A DNA stretch of 64,000 nt, taken from contig JBITNC010000001.1 of assembly GCA_050084985.1 (NCBI GenBank), forward strand, positions 158,224,001-158,288,000, in the 5' to 3' direction. This document shows, one piece after another, positions 52,140 to 64,000 of the stretch. The translations under genes and the position numbers were made by a program. Under the pieces are notes generated by a model, which did not search any database, had not been told where the DNA came from, and saw only the letters and a list, made by a program, of their open reading frames with translations. The DNA comes from Nageia nagi (taxonomy: Eukaryota > Plantae > Pinophyta). Positions within the stretch are counted from its first letter, which is position 1. Every line of letters starts with the position of its first letter.

Positions 52140-53600
52140 TCCATGAATTAAAATTGAAATTTAATATTAATGTCCATAGATGACCAAAAATGGTCAATGG
52201 GATTGTAGAAAAAACATATATAACAAAGCCAAGGGAGCACCTAGTACAACTCTAATGTGTAAGATTGAGAAGTGAGAAAAATATGATACATTTAAGTGTG
52301 GCATAAAGCCTACTTATGAAGAGTTAAGAGGCTCCATCAACATTTGAGGTTGAGAAGAAGCTTCTGATGTGACAACTAAAGGAGGTAGGGAGAGAGTTGA
52401 ACTATAACATAAGCAACTCTAAACTCCCAAGATCACATGAAAGCTCACAAATCACATATAAATAACTCACAAAGAAATATCACAAAGATAACTCAAGATG
52501 TAAGTGGTTCCTTCAACTAGAAGTACATCCACTAACTAGATCTCACTTCATACACAAATATGAACTCTTACAATCCTTTTAAACTCATCTCCTAAACACT
52601 ATCCTATAGCATAACTTTACTTCACAAATTGGTGTTTGATCCAAAGAGGGATCCTTCTATTTATAAGCCAATATCCTTTTTGGGATCACCCTTTTACCCA
52701 ATGTACAAAAGCATGACATGCACATCCTTTTACCCAAGGGGCATGCTCATGACATGGAGTGTAAGACAAGTTACATTATCATATTCACTTAAATACTTAA
52801 GGTATCAAATGATACCCTTACGTATTAGTGAACTTACATAGAAGATTATTACAAAACCTTTACAATAATGCATTATACATTCCAACAGGTAGCCATAGTG
52901 GGTTTAACAATAATACACCAATTGATAGTTCTTCTAGAATTTTTTGGGTTCATGTGATGCTTCCAATTAGTAGCTTCCTATGATTGAAGGTAGGATGTGA
53001 TAAGTTTGGAACTTGTTGTATTATATAACTTATCGATGGTCATTTTTTCTTGAGGTAGGTGGCTTCTCTGATATATGTGCGACACATTTTTGGACTTCAT
53101 CATTCATCCATGATTTCAAGGTGTGGGAACCTCTAAATAAGCAATGGAATCACTCTAAAATTTTAAAGTAGATGCAACAAATAAATATAAAATGCTCTTC
53201 AATATCAAGTTTCATGTTGCATATTTTCCATAAGTGTTGGTATCAAGAGATATGGCAATCTATCTCGATATGGAGTTGGTGTGAGCAAAATCTCACTTGG
53301 CCAAGGGGGAAAGAGAGGCCATGAGATATGTGTAGTTTTATGTATTCAAGAATGGTAGTAGCATGGTTCTTTATTTTCATGTAAAACTAAAGATAGTGTG
53401 AGAGCTTTTGTGAGAACAATTTTTTTGGTTCAATCCATGTTGTCCTTAGGTAAGTCACATAGATTTCCTTCCTAATCATTTTGTTGATATCTTTAGTAGC
53501 AGGATTAGAGGTCCTATCCAAGAGTTGAGAGGGAAGTGGTCAATCAATATCTAGGCCTATGGATCATAGGAGATAGGTGGCTTTTGAATATCAACACCAA
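52140..53600 (-). mobile_element. 5'-truncated RTE-X-like LINE (split by a copia A solo LTR)
   Basis: LGQVRFCSHQLHIEID..KICNMKLDIEEHFIFICCIY..FHCLF; 3' stem-loop at 52171-52205 with an AATTTC-like tail. Confidence 0.8.
52389..52887 (-). mobile_element. Solo LTR of copia family A, TSD GGTAG
   Basis: Reverse-complement homolog of 4609-5100; GGTAG at 52384-52388 and 52888-52892; the empty site is visible in the paralogous LINE at ~56125-56165. Confidence 0.92.
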
Positions 53601-55049
53601 CAATCTTAAACTTTATTACAAACAATAATTTAAATACATAAATTAAAAAAAGATAACAAAAACAAGCTTATCAATTTTTTTATAGATATTAACTTAATTA
53701 AAAATAGTAATTTAATGTTATATATTCATCTTTACACAAATTTTAATATGAACTACAAACCATTGGGTTTAGAGGATGTTACAAGATATCATTAATTCAA
53801 AAGCATATTAAAGAGATGGGGTGAAGTTTATAAAATTTTATCATTGTGGAAAGATTGGAGATAAAGTAAAGAGTATCTAGCAGTGATGTTTGAAGAAATG
53901 AGTGTTGTGCGAAGAATGAAATCAAATATGGGGTGAAGTTGAGACATTAAGTATAATAGCGGCAAGAGCCAATGCGTAGAGCCAAGACACAAAGCAAATG
54001 ATTGATGAAATAGATGAAATCCATAATGTAATTATGGATATGTATGATGACCTCAAACTATGGTGGAAAGAAAGAGATTACTATCAACAAGAGGCAACTT
54101 GCCTCTAAGAAATGTTTGATAGGATTTCACATATGTATGTGGAAACTAACGGTTCTGTTGCTTAATGTACTAAGCCAATTTATTAATGATATAAACATAG
54201 TTATATTCACATCTAGATTACTGTCCAATATTTATAGATTTACAAATGATTTAGTAAATGCATGATTGATTATGTTGTAAATTATTTTTAATTTCATATG
54301 AGCAAGTAAGTTATGCTCCTTGTTTCATGGAAAGTTTTTTTTGGTCAAACACTAATGAAAAGCTATTGTTTGAAGGTTTTAACAAACATCATCATATTAT
54401 GCTTGATCTAGTTCTACAATATTTTTTTAATGATTTATTTTCATTGGATGGGTGTGAGTGATTGTGGTCAATTATCCTTAGGAGTATTTTGGTTTTTCTA
54501 AGAATATATTTGCATTGCTCAATATTTTTGTTTTTCTTGGAAACAATAATTCAAATACTTAATTGATATACATATACTTCTAGAAAAACTTTATGATTAT
54601 CATGTTTACATTAAATGAATTTTGTTGTTTAATTTCATTGATAGTCATGAATTCTATTATGTTTTTTGGTTTATAATAATAATTATGTTTCCATTAAAAG
54701 ATCACAATTTAATTTCATTGATCAATAATATATAAGTGATCAAACATAGGAAAATACTTATATGGGAAAGAGCATTGCTAAATCCAAGTGCTACTTCATT
54801 TCATTGATAAGTGATCTACATGTGATAAAAAATAGGAAAATAGTTTTATGGGAAGAAGCATTGGTGAATCGAAGTGGGTTGAAGTGATAATTCATTTAGA
54901 GATGCAAGTCAAGGTTGATGGCCACGAGTTTTTATTACTTACACTTCGCTATAACCAAATTGAATATCAATATCATGTTAGCCTTTTGTGTTATGGATTA
55001 GGAGGGAGTAAAATACAATGGCTATAAATTTTGTTCAAGCATGTAACCT

Positions 55050-56405
55050 ACATGAAGACATTTTCATGACTATCTCATAGGGATTGTGCAAGGAGGAAGA
55101 AAGCTCAAATAGAGTTGTCTAAGAAGATTAGTAACCTCATAATCAATAGATTTAAAAGATGCAAATGCAATACTTAGAATATTTTACACTAACCATGTAG
55201 ATGGAGAAACCATTATATTATTTCTTCATGTAACAATTATACTCTAGAGGATCCTCTCTCTTATCACTAATATTTTTGGATCTTAGCTTGTCAATGTGAA
55301 ACTCACATATCAGGTGGTATTTGAGGTTTTGGTAGAGTTTCTTACCTCATTCGAGATAAAATTTGATCCATTATATCCTTATTAGCTTCATATGTACACT
55401 CTAAACATATGTGGTTATAGATTAAAAGAGGAACTAATCTTTCATAGGTCTTAATAGTGTGTTAATTCCCCCATGATATTGCTTCTTTCAACATGCATAT
55501 CAACAACAATCCATTTCTTGATCTCTACCTATATATCTCCCATCTCTCCTCCATGGGTGAGGTTATCCTCTTAGGTGACTTCAATGCTCTCGATGGAGTC
55601 GAACAAGTATTTATCAAGGACCTTACAAAGATTGTGCCTTGCCTTCATGAGCACAACCTTAAGGATTTGGATTTGCTCAAAGTTGAAGTGGACATGGAAA
55701 ATTATACCACAACACATATGAGAAACAATCATTCAAATACTCAATTGATATATTTTCATTATTGGACAATTTTTGATAGGTTATACAAACCAAGGGTTTA
55801 AAAGGAAGTTAAAAAATTTATTTATTTATTTATTTATATAGGAAATTTATTATATGAATGATAGAGTCACATAATATTCACATAGTCAGCGAGTTCCATT
55901 GCTTAGTTAGAGGTGCCCAAACTTTGAAATCATGGATGAATTATGAAGACAAAAAATGAGTTGCACTCTATATCAAAGAAGCCATATGGATTAGAAAAAA
56001 GTGATTTTCGATAAATTCATCAACATAATGAGTTCCAAACTTGTCACATCTTATTTTCAACTTAGGAAACTAAAAATCAAAATCCACATTATCCTTGATG
56101 AATATGGAAGGAATAACCATTAGTGCATTACTACTAAACCCACTAAGCTTACTTCCTCTAGTTAGAACATCATGGGCTCCTTTTCGACATCAAATGATGG
56201 AGGAGCCCCTTGAATCTCTATATGTAGACATTCTACCTCACTTAAGCCTATTGTATTTGATACTCTTTTTTTCTACTTATCACACTTACACATTGAAGGA
56301 GCTCTAGGTGCTCCCTTTCTTTTCTTATATGTGTTTTCTATAGTCCCATTGACCATTTTTTTGGTCACCCATTGACATTAATATCAAATTTCAATTTCAA
56401 TTATA
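55050..56405 (+). mobile_element. Internally deleted RTE-X-like LINE
   Basis: AP-endonuclease NPFLDLY..ISHLSSMGEVILLGDFNA (~55500-55590); C-terminal region and 3'UTR (55880-56405) homologous to 52140-53200; same 3' stem-loop at 56343-56377. Confidence 0.75.
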
Positions 56406-56424
56406 ATATCATGAAAAAGTAAGT

Positions 56425-56750
56425 CATGGATCTTTGTTATATAGCCCAAACAATTTTAAGTTCAAAGGGTATGACTTTATAATAAAATATTTCCTATGAA
56501 GTAATGATAAAGGTATTATTTTGGTCTTCCATAATGATTTTGATTTGATTATATTTAAAAAATTATCCATCAAGGAAACCATTTTATGATTAGTTGTTAA
56601 GTCTACTATCATGTTAATTTTTGGAAGAGGATAATCATCCTTAGGAGATTCTTTACTGATATCTCTAAGATATATGCATATTTTGATGCTTCCTATTTTT
56701 TTGCTACAAGTACAATTTTGGATTTCCAATTCTCCATTTCCATTAGCTAG
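56425..56750 (-). mobile_element. Ty3/gypsy (Tat/Ogre-type) RT fragment
   Basis: KKIGSIKICIYLRDISKESPKDDYPLPKINMIVDLTTNHKMVSLMD. Confidence 0.8.
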
Positions 56751-56895
56751 TGTTTATTTTCTTTTTAAGTACCAATTTTTTGTTGTTGGCAAAATTTTTG
56801 TTGTGCATGAGTTGGCTAGAGGAGGATAGGGAACTTGGGTTGGTGTTGCAAGCTGCGATGGTGGTGTTGCAGCAAATGGAGGGAAATTGACTGGC

Positions 56896-58094
56896 TGAAA
56901 AGGAGAAAAGGTTTGCTTCATTCGTGAAAAATACAAAGGATGCTGAATAGTAACAAAAGCAAGAGGATTTGGGAGAATGTTTCTACTTAAAGTTGTAGCT
57001 TCCAACAATCAGGCTCTCAATGTTTGTATCATAGATGTGACCACTCTTTAGCACCAATGATTCAGACTCATGAATCCAAACTATTTGATCACTCTACAAA
57101 AGAAGGATATTGTATGTGGTATTCCATATCCTACTTCTCGCCTACTAATATTTTTTCTACTTGCATTACAATAAAAAAATACAACTTTCCATTTGATCCT
57201 ATCACATATCATGTTAAAGGTCCTCTTGATGTGATACACACCGATTTGTGTAGACCCATGAGTGCTAGTAACACTAAACAAAGATACTTCCTTATGTTCA
57301 TTGATGATTACTCCAAAAAAAATTGGGTATTCTTCTTGAAAACAAAGGATGAGACATTTCAGTATTTCAAAGAGTTCAAATCTTGTGTGGAGAATGCCAC
57401 TAGCCATCACATCCATGTTCTTTGCTTATATTAAGGGGGAGAATACTTATCAAATGAGTTTTATGGATTCCTAAAGCAACATGGAATTCAACGACATTTG
57501 GCCATACCCTACACACCATAGAAAAATGAGATTTATGAAATATGAAACATGAACATAGTTGAAATAGTGAGAAATATGTTGAAAGATGCAAAGTTGGAAT
57601 GAAAATTTTGGCTTGATGTAGTAAACACTACAATATATCTATTGAATAGAGAACCTTCTAAACCTATGGATGGGATGACACCTCAAGAAGGATGAAAAAA
57701 GAAAAACCATCTATCTCACATCTTTGAGTATTTGATTGCACTGCCTATATGCACATTCCTAAGAAGCAAAGAAAGAAATTGGATAGAAAAGTCCTTGTTC
57801 TTGGGTATAGTAGTGAATCTAAAGGATACAAACTCATGGATCCTACTAATCTAAAGATCTATATCAATAGAGATGTAATTTCTTGAGACTAGTGAATCAT
57901 CAACTAGTCCATCTATAGAGGTACTTGAACTTGAAAGTGGTTCAATTATCAATCATGATGATGAGAGAAGCTTCTATTGTGAATTTCCACCTGATAATGT
58001 TAGAATACTGAAATGGTACCAAAAGACTATGCAAGATTCAAACTTTAGTGCTCCATTAGACACGTCTACTTCTAGACCAAGGACATGAAGCATG
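56896..58094 (+). mobile_element. Copia family B integrase fragment (inverted relative to the adjacent copy)
   Basis: GPLDVIHTDLCRPM..RYFLMFIDDYSKKNWVFFLK; reverse-complement homolog of 58647-59845. Confidence 0.9.
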
Positions 58095-61000
58095 TTGTAG
58101 TAGGTGGTCATCATTTTTCTGTACTAGGATTTTGGATACTATTTCAAGCCATATAGAGACTTGATCAATCTACACACTTTTCTTTTACTTGATCAATCAT
58201 AAATCCTTTAGATTGTTGCATGTAGAATTTTTCCTTTAGGTCTCCATTCAAGAAGGCAATTTTCACATCCATATGATGGAATTTCTATCCAAATTATGCT
58301 ATCATTGCAAAAATAATTATGCTAGTCTTCATCTTGGTTGTGGGAGAAAAATTATCCTCATAGTGAATACCTTATTGTTGAGAAAATCCTTTGGCAACTA
58401 ATTGGGCCTTATGCTTATCGAGTGTCCCATAAGCTTTGTACTTGGTTTTGAATACCCATTTGCATCCAATGACCACCTTCCTTGGTGAAATTTCTACCAG
58501 CTTCCATGTGCCATTTCTCACCAATGCATCATCCTCATCCTACATGGCTAACTTCCAATGGGTATCTTGATGGCTTCATGAACTATTTAAGGTTCAAGTG
58601 TATTCACCAATATGCATATCAATTCCAAATTCACTTCCTCATGAACCATGCTTTGTGTTTTTTGATCTATAAGTATAAGTGTCTTGTGGAGCACTCAAGT
58701 TTGAGTCTTATAAAGTCTTTTGATACCATTTAGGTCTTCTAACATTATTAGGTAGAAAATTCACAATTGGAGCTTTCCTATCATCATACTCATCAGCATG
58801 ATTGATAATAGGACCACTATCAGGTTCAAGTACCTCTGTAGGTGGACTAGTTAAAGATTCACCAATCTCATAAAAAATGACATCTCCATTGATATAGATC
58901 TTTCGAGTAGTAGGATCCATGAATTTGTATCCTTTGAATTTGCTATTGTACCCAAGAAGAACACACCTTGAAGAATTTTCATCTAATTTCTTTCTTTGCT
59001 CTTTAGTAATGTGCATATAGGCAGTGCAACCAAATACTTGAAGATGTGAGATAGATGGTCTTTCTACAATCCATTCTTCTTGAGGTGTCATCCCATCAAG
59101 ATCTTTAGAAGGTCCTCTATTCAGCAGATATACAACATTGTTTACTACATCAGGATAAAATTTTCTTTCTAACTTTGTATTATTCAACATACTTCTCACC
59201 ATTTCAATTGTGGTTTTGTTTTGCCTTTCACAAACCCCATTTTTCTATGGTATGTTAGGTATGATCACCAAATTCCATGTTTCTTTGAAAATGCAAAAAA
59301 CTCACCTCCTCAATTTGAGTAGAGAACATGGATGTGTCAACTAGTGGCATTCTCGACACATGCTTTGAACTCTTTGTAGTATTGAAAGGTTTCATCCTTT
59401 TTCTTCAATAAGTATACCCATATTAGCTTGGTGTAATCATTAATGAACAAAAGAAAGTATCTTTGGCCAATTTGACTAGCACTCATGGGTTCACACATAT
59501 CGATGTGTATAACATCAAGAGGTCCTTCAACATGATGTGTGCAAGGCTCAAATATAAGTCTACATTGTTTCCCTATGATGCAAGTAGAAAGAAAATTAGT
59601 AGGAAAAGTAAGAGATGGGAGACCATGTCCCATATCCTTCTTTTGCAGAGTGATTAGATAGTTTGGATTCATGTGTTTGAATCTTCAATGCAAAAGAGTG
59701 GTCACATATATGAAATGAACATTTAGATCTTGATTTTTGGAAGCTACAACATCAAGTAAAAACATTCTCCCAACTCCTTTTGCTTTTTATACTATTCAAC
59801 ATCCTTTGGATTTGTCACAAATGAAGCAAACCTTTTCTTCTTTCACAATATAAAACTCCATCTTTAGTTTGTTGTCCAACATTTGACTAACCGATAAGAG
59901 GTTCTTTGTAATTGTGTGCCCTAACACATACAATACCTATTTAATCTGATAGTTGTTCTTTTCAATATGGACATGAACATTACCCTTGCCTTCAATATCA
60001 TAGGATGTGTCATCGCCCAATCACACTTGACCAAGATTTATATATTCTTCCAAAGAAGCAAACCAATTATTTCAACCATTCATGTGCTTGGAAGCACCAA
60101 AATTAACCTACCAAGTGGATGATACTAAAGGTTTCTCTTCATGAACAAGAGCACCATTGCCAACATCTTCAATCACTTCATTAATATCATTTACAAAATT
60201 GCCCTATTGTTATCTTTATTGTTGTATTTTGTGTTTCCACTCCCCTTGATTCTGATGGCTTTTCAATTTTTGCTTTTTATTTTTTATTCTTATTTCTTGA
60301 GGAACTTTGAGAAAAAGAATTATATGAACAATATTTTAATTCATTCCATTTATTGCCATAAATCATGCAACTTTTTTGTTGCTTGTCATTTGACTACAAT
60401 GGATATTTGCCTTTGCCTTTTTGCTAGAAGGCTTCTTGCCTCGTTGATTTGACATCATAGCCTATTCCTCTTCATGGGAATTATCATTGAAGGCTTATTC
60501 TTGTTGCAAAATATTCACCAACTTTTCAAAAGTAGTTTTTCATTCCAGAATGTTCAAGAAAGTCACCAAGGTGCAAAATTTCTCCAGGAGTGCTCTTAAG
60601 ACAATGGGTCTTGGGAGCTTATCTTCCACAGTCTCTCCTAATGATTTTAGGGAAGATTAGAGTTCCAAAGGAATGATTCCAATTTATCTCCACCTTTCAA
60701 CCTTAGTGTGTGTAAATATCCTTGAAGATGCAAAATATAGTTCATGTTCTTGGACTCATAGACTTGTTGCAACTTCTTCCATGCATCTTCAACTTTAGTG
60801 CATTCATAGACATGAGGCTGGACATCATCTAAGATTCCAAGTAATATGATCATAAGTATCTTGTTGTTGCATTGATCTTACTTAGTCTATTCTTAGCCAA
60901 CTGTAGTTGGATTTTTTTCAATTCAAGTAATAATCTCCCATAGTTCTTCAAATCGAAGGATTGCTTGAACCATCATTTTCCATGAAACATAAATATCTCC

Positions 61001-61620
61001 CTTCAACATTTGGGAGTCAAGAAGTAAAATTTTAGGGGCAATATGGGCCATGTTTATGTCTCTAAGAGTTTGATATTCAATCAATTATCGATATTCAAAC
61101 ACTAGTTTACAAAAAATATTGATCTCCCCCTTCAAATTTACCTTTAAAAATTATTTTTTGCCCCCAATTTTGTAAATTTTCATAAAAAAATTGGTCATAC
61201 AAGGTATTAAATTAATGATATGGATAAAAAAATATTAATACCTTCAATTTTAAAATCATATTCCAATAACATTTAAGAACATGTCAAAAAATTGATTTTA
61301 AGTTATGTGGGGGGTTTGGAACTTAAGACCTCTTGTTTACAACTTTGATGCTTCACCAATTTACCAAATCCATTCCCTTGATTGAGAAATGACTTGAATT
61401 ATGTTTATTTGTTTCCAAGCATATCTTTCTCCTCTAAAAAATTGAATTATTCTATCAAATAATTTGATCTCATTCAAATATGTATTTGTTGGGAAAATAA
61501 TTTAAAATGTCTTTTGAGGTGCGAATTTTTTGTTGTGCATAAGTTGGATAGAGAAGGAGAGGGCACTTAGATTGGTGTTCTAAGTTGCAATGGAGGCATT
61601 TCAATGAATGAAGGGAAATG
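58095..61620 (-). mobile_element. Copia family B element (leader-gag-PR-INT-RT, truncated in RT)
   Basis: gag AWKKLQQVYESKN..LHTLRL; protease W*VNFGASKHM; integrase 58700-59670; RT to KSLYGLK ending at 58095. Confidence 0.88.
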
Positions 61621-61636
61621 TTTTACAATGAAGGAG

Positions 61637-64000
61637 TGAAGGGAAAAAAAAGCCTAAATGACTAAATTCCTATTCTACTAAGATCACATGAAAGTTCTCT
61701 AAAAAATCATCACAATAGCATAAACATAATATAGCCAATCTCACAAAGTTGACACCATATGTAAAGTGGTTCCTCGCATGTAAGAGAGTACATGCACTAA
61801 TATAAGGTATTCTTAATCTCAAAGAACAATCTCTTACACAATCTCTTTCTCACTTCTCCTAACAATCCTAGAGCATAACTTTGTAACAAAATTGAGTGAA
61901 TAACCAAGAGGGGAGGCCCTATAATCATCTTTTGGATCATCCTTTTAACCAATGTACAATTTCATAACATGTTTCACCTTTTTACCCAAGGGGAATGCTC
62001 ATGAGATGGAGGGTAGTACAAGTTACATTAACTTATTCACAAATACTTAAAAGGTATTTAGAGATACTTTTTAAGTATTAATGAATTACATGAAAAGACC
62101 TTATAATAATACATCATATAATCCAATACTCCCCCTTAATGCAATGTTGGGGTAGAGAAAAGAGGAGAGAAGAAAGAGTTCTCCTCCATAGAGATACAAT
62201 CAAAGATGAGAACATTTATATCTTTTAGAAATAAGCAAGATCTTAGATTGAGGTTAACTACATTACCATTTGACAAATGGTTTACAATAAAATTATTAAC
62301 CATAATTGATTTCACAGTATAAAGTATTCATTCAATAACAAGTTGACATGATGAGACTCCATGAGCTTGCCCACTCAAAATAGGTAACCTTCACTCTAAA
62401 GAAGAAACTTGCAAGCTATAAGCAACTCATAAACAAGATAAGTCAAATGCATCATATAAACATTCATATCAACATATGAAGAAATTAAAAGCTTTCATAA
62501 CCAAAATGACCTAGAAGGATTCTATAAATATTCAACACAAAAAATACAATTTTGTACGCAATAAGACACACCATATATACTAGTTCCTCCATCATGGGAG
62601 TACATCCACTTGAATCATTTTTCTATTATTTCTCACAAGTGAACTCTCATACAAGTTCTCAAAAATTCTTCTATAAGAATTCTGCTATAAAATTCTTATA
62701 ACTCTATGAGATTAGCATTTTAATTCTTCTCTAAGTGTGTAATCTCAAGGAGAGAGCCCTCTATTTATAGTCCAAAATCCTCCCTTAGATCACCCTATTA
62801 ACCATTGTACAAACTCATGACATGCATCACCCTTTTACCCAAGGGGCATGCTCATGAGATGGAGTGTAGGACAAGTTAGACAATCATATTAATTAAAAAA
62901 ATAAGGTAACTAGGGATACCCTTAAGTATTAAGTGAATTACATTAAGAGACCTTACAATAATGCATTATAAATTCTAATAACATAAGATAAATGTATCAA
63001 GTAATGCCTTTTATAAACTGATCAATAGTGCACTATAAATCATTACGAAGATGCCAAGCTAATACTCATAGTCACCTAATGTATAAAAAATATATGTTGA
63101 TTAATATAAAAAATAAAACATAAGCACATATGAGTTCCTCATATATGGATATCTAAATAGCATGAAAAAGCACATATTGGTTCACATATGGATAATTGAA
63201 ACAATGCTAGTAGAATTCATCATATGCTTAAAATTGTATGACTAGTTCCTCACATAGAGAAAACTAACCATGAAGATGTACACAAAAAGATCAACACTAT
63301 ATAGCCAAAAAATCCTCCTAAGGATGAAGTTGTCATCACAGACATGCATTCAGCAAAATTCAATCTTCACTCCCTTTGAGGGAAACTTTACCAACCTAAT
63401 AGATTCCTTAAGCTTGTAGAACTAAACTTCAAAGAAGGGTCTTGGTGAACAAATCAATGGAGTTTAGGATTGATGGATAATACTACAATTGTAGGATACC
63501 ATATAGAACCTTATCTTTGATAAAATGTGCTTAGATTTTAACATATTTTATTCTTTGATGGAAAATAAGGTTCTTTTCCAAAGAAATAGTCAATTAATTA
63601 TTTGAAGAAATCTAAGATGGATGAGCTTGCTCATACCCAATTCATAAGATGCTTCAACCAAATAGATTCTTAAGTCGTGATTGACATGGCTCAATATTCT
63701 ACCTCTATGATGGAGAGAGCACTAGTAGGTTACTTATTGGAAGTCTAAGAGATAGCACCTAAACTAATGTTAAACACATAAGAAAAAGATTGATTTTTAT
63801 CATCTGTATCTACCCTATAGTTAGAATTTAAGTACTATGAGAGAAAAAATGAGGGCAACTTAAAATACTTGAGAGTAAGATCCTTAGTTTTCACAACCTC
63901 AATATTTTTTTAACTACATTGAGATGTTCAACATATGATTTTTGCATAAACTATACCATAAGATTTACTACAAAGGTGATATCTAACCTGGAGATAGTCA
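61637..64000 (-). mobile_element. Copia family A element (RT/RNase H, 3'UTR, PPT, 3' LTR); runs out of window
   Basis: 63375-64000 is homologous to ~3160-3790; PPT TAAGGGGGAG (minus) at 62129-62138; LTR 61637-62128 (492 bp). Confidence 0.92.
62477..62980 (-). mobile_element. Solo LTR of copia A nested in the 3'UTR of another copia A, TSD ACATA
   Basis: ACATA at 62472-62476 and 62981-62985; flanks join to give the UTR seen uninterrupted at ~4250-4330. Confidence 0.88.

Noticed and set aside
53600-55050. AT-rich stretch with short ORFs
   Set aside because: No motif, repeat or structure that I can support.
52140-56405. Long inverted repeats suggesting a Mutator/foldback element with TIRs
   Set aside because: Both arms are 3' ends of RTE-X-like LINEs (C-terminal ORF2 motifs plus tail) in opposite orientation; no TSD seen.

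Overview
Eukaryotic plant nuclear DNA: AT-rich, TE-dense, CpG-depleted repeats and very long introns, most consistent with a gymnosperm (inference). It holds one real protein-coding gene, a 9-exon bromodomain gene of the plant BRD1/BRD2/BRD13 family (SWI/SNF-associated; + strand, 21605-44362). Its introns of 5.7 kb and 13.2 kb are filled with TEs, and an apparent frameshift near 44255 puts the conserved PPDLN...QQPDLALQL C-terminus out of frame. The rest is nested retroelement debris: (i) Ty1/copia family A, with two partial elements and two solo LTRs with TSDs, one nested in its own family; (ii) a structurally complete chromovirus Ty3/gypsy with TSD, inserted into a scrambled PPR-DYW pseudogene; (iii) an old non-autonomous LTR element and a gag-only Tat-like element; (iv) copia family B forming a fold-back; (v) L1 remnants with an associated unknown ORF present twice; (vi) three RTE-X-like LINE copies. 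The most notable system is a tRNA-headed SINE carrying the same 3' stem-loop and (TTTC)n tail as the RTE-X-like LINE, i.e. a candidate SINE/LINE partner pair. It is itself nested inside a second tRNA-derived SINE family. All calls are by eye; no searches were run.
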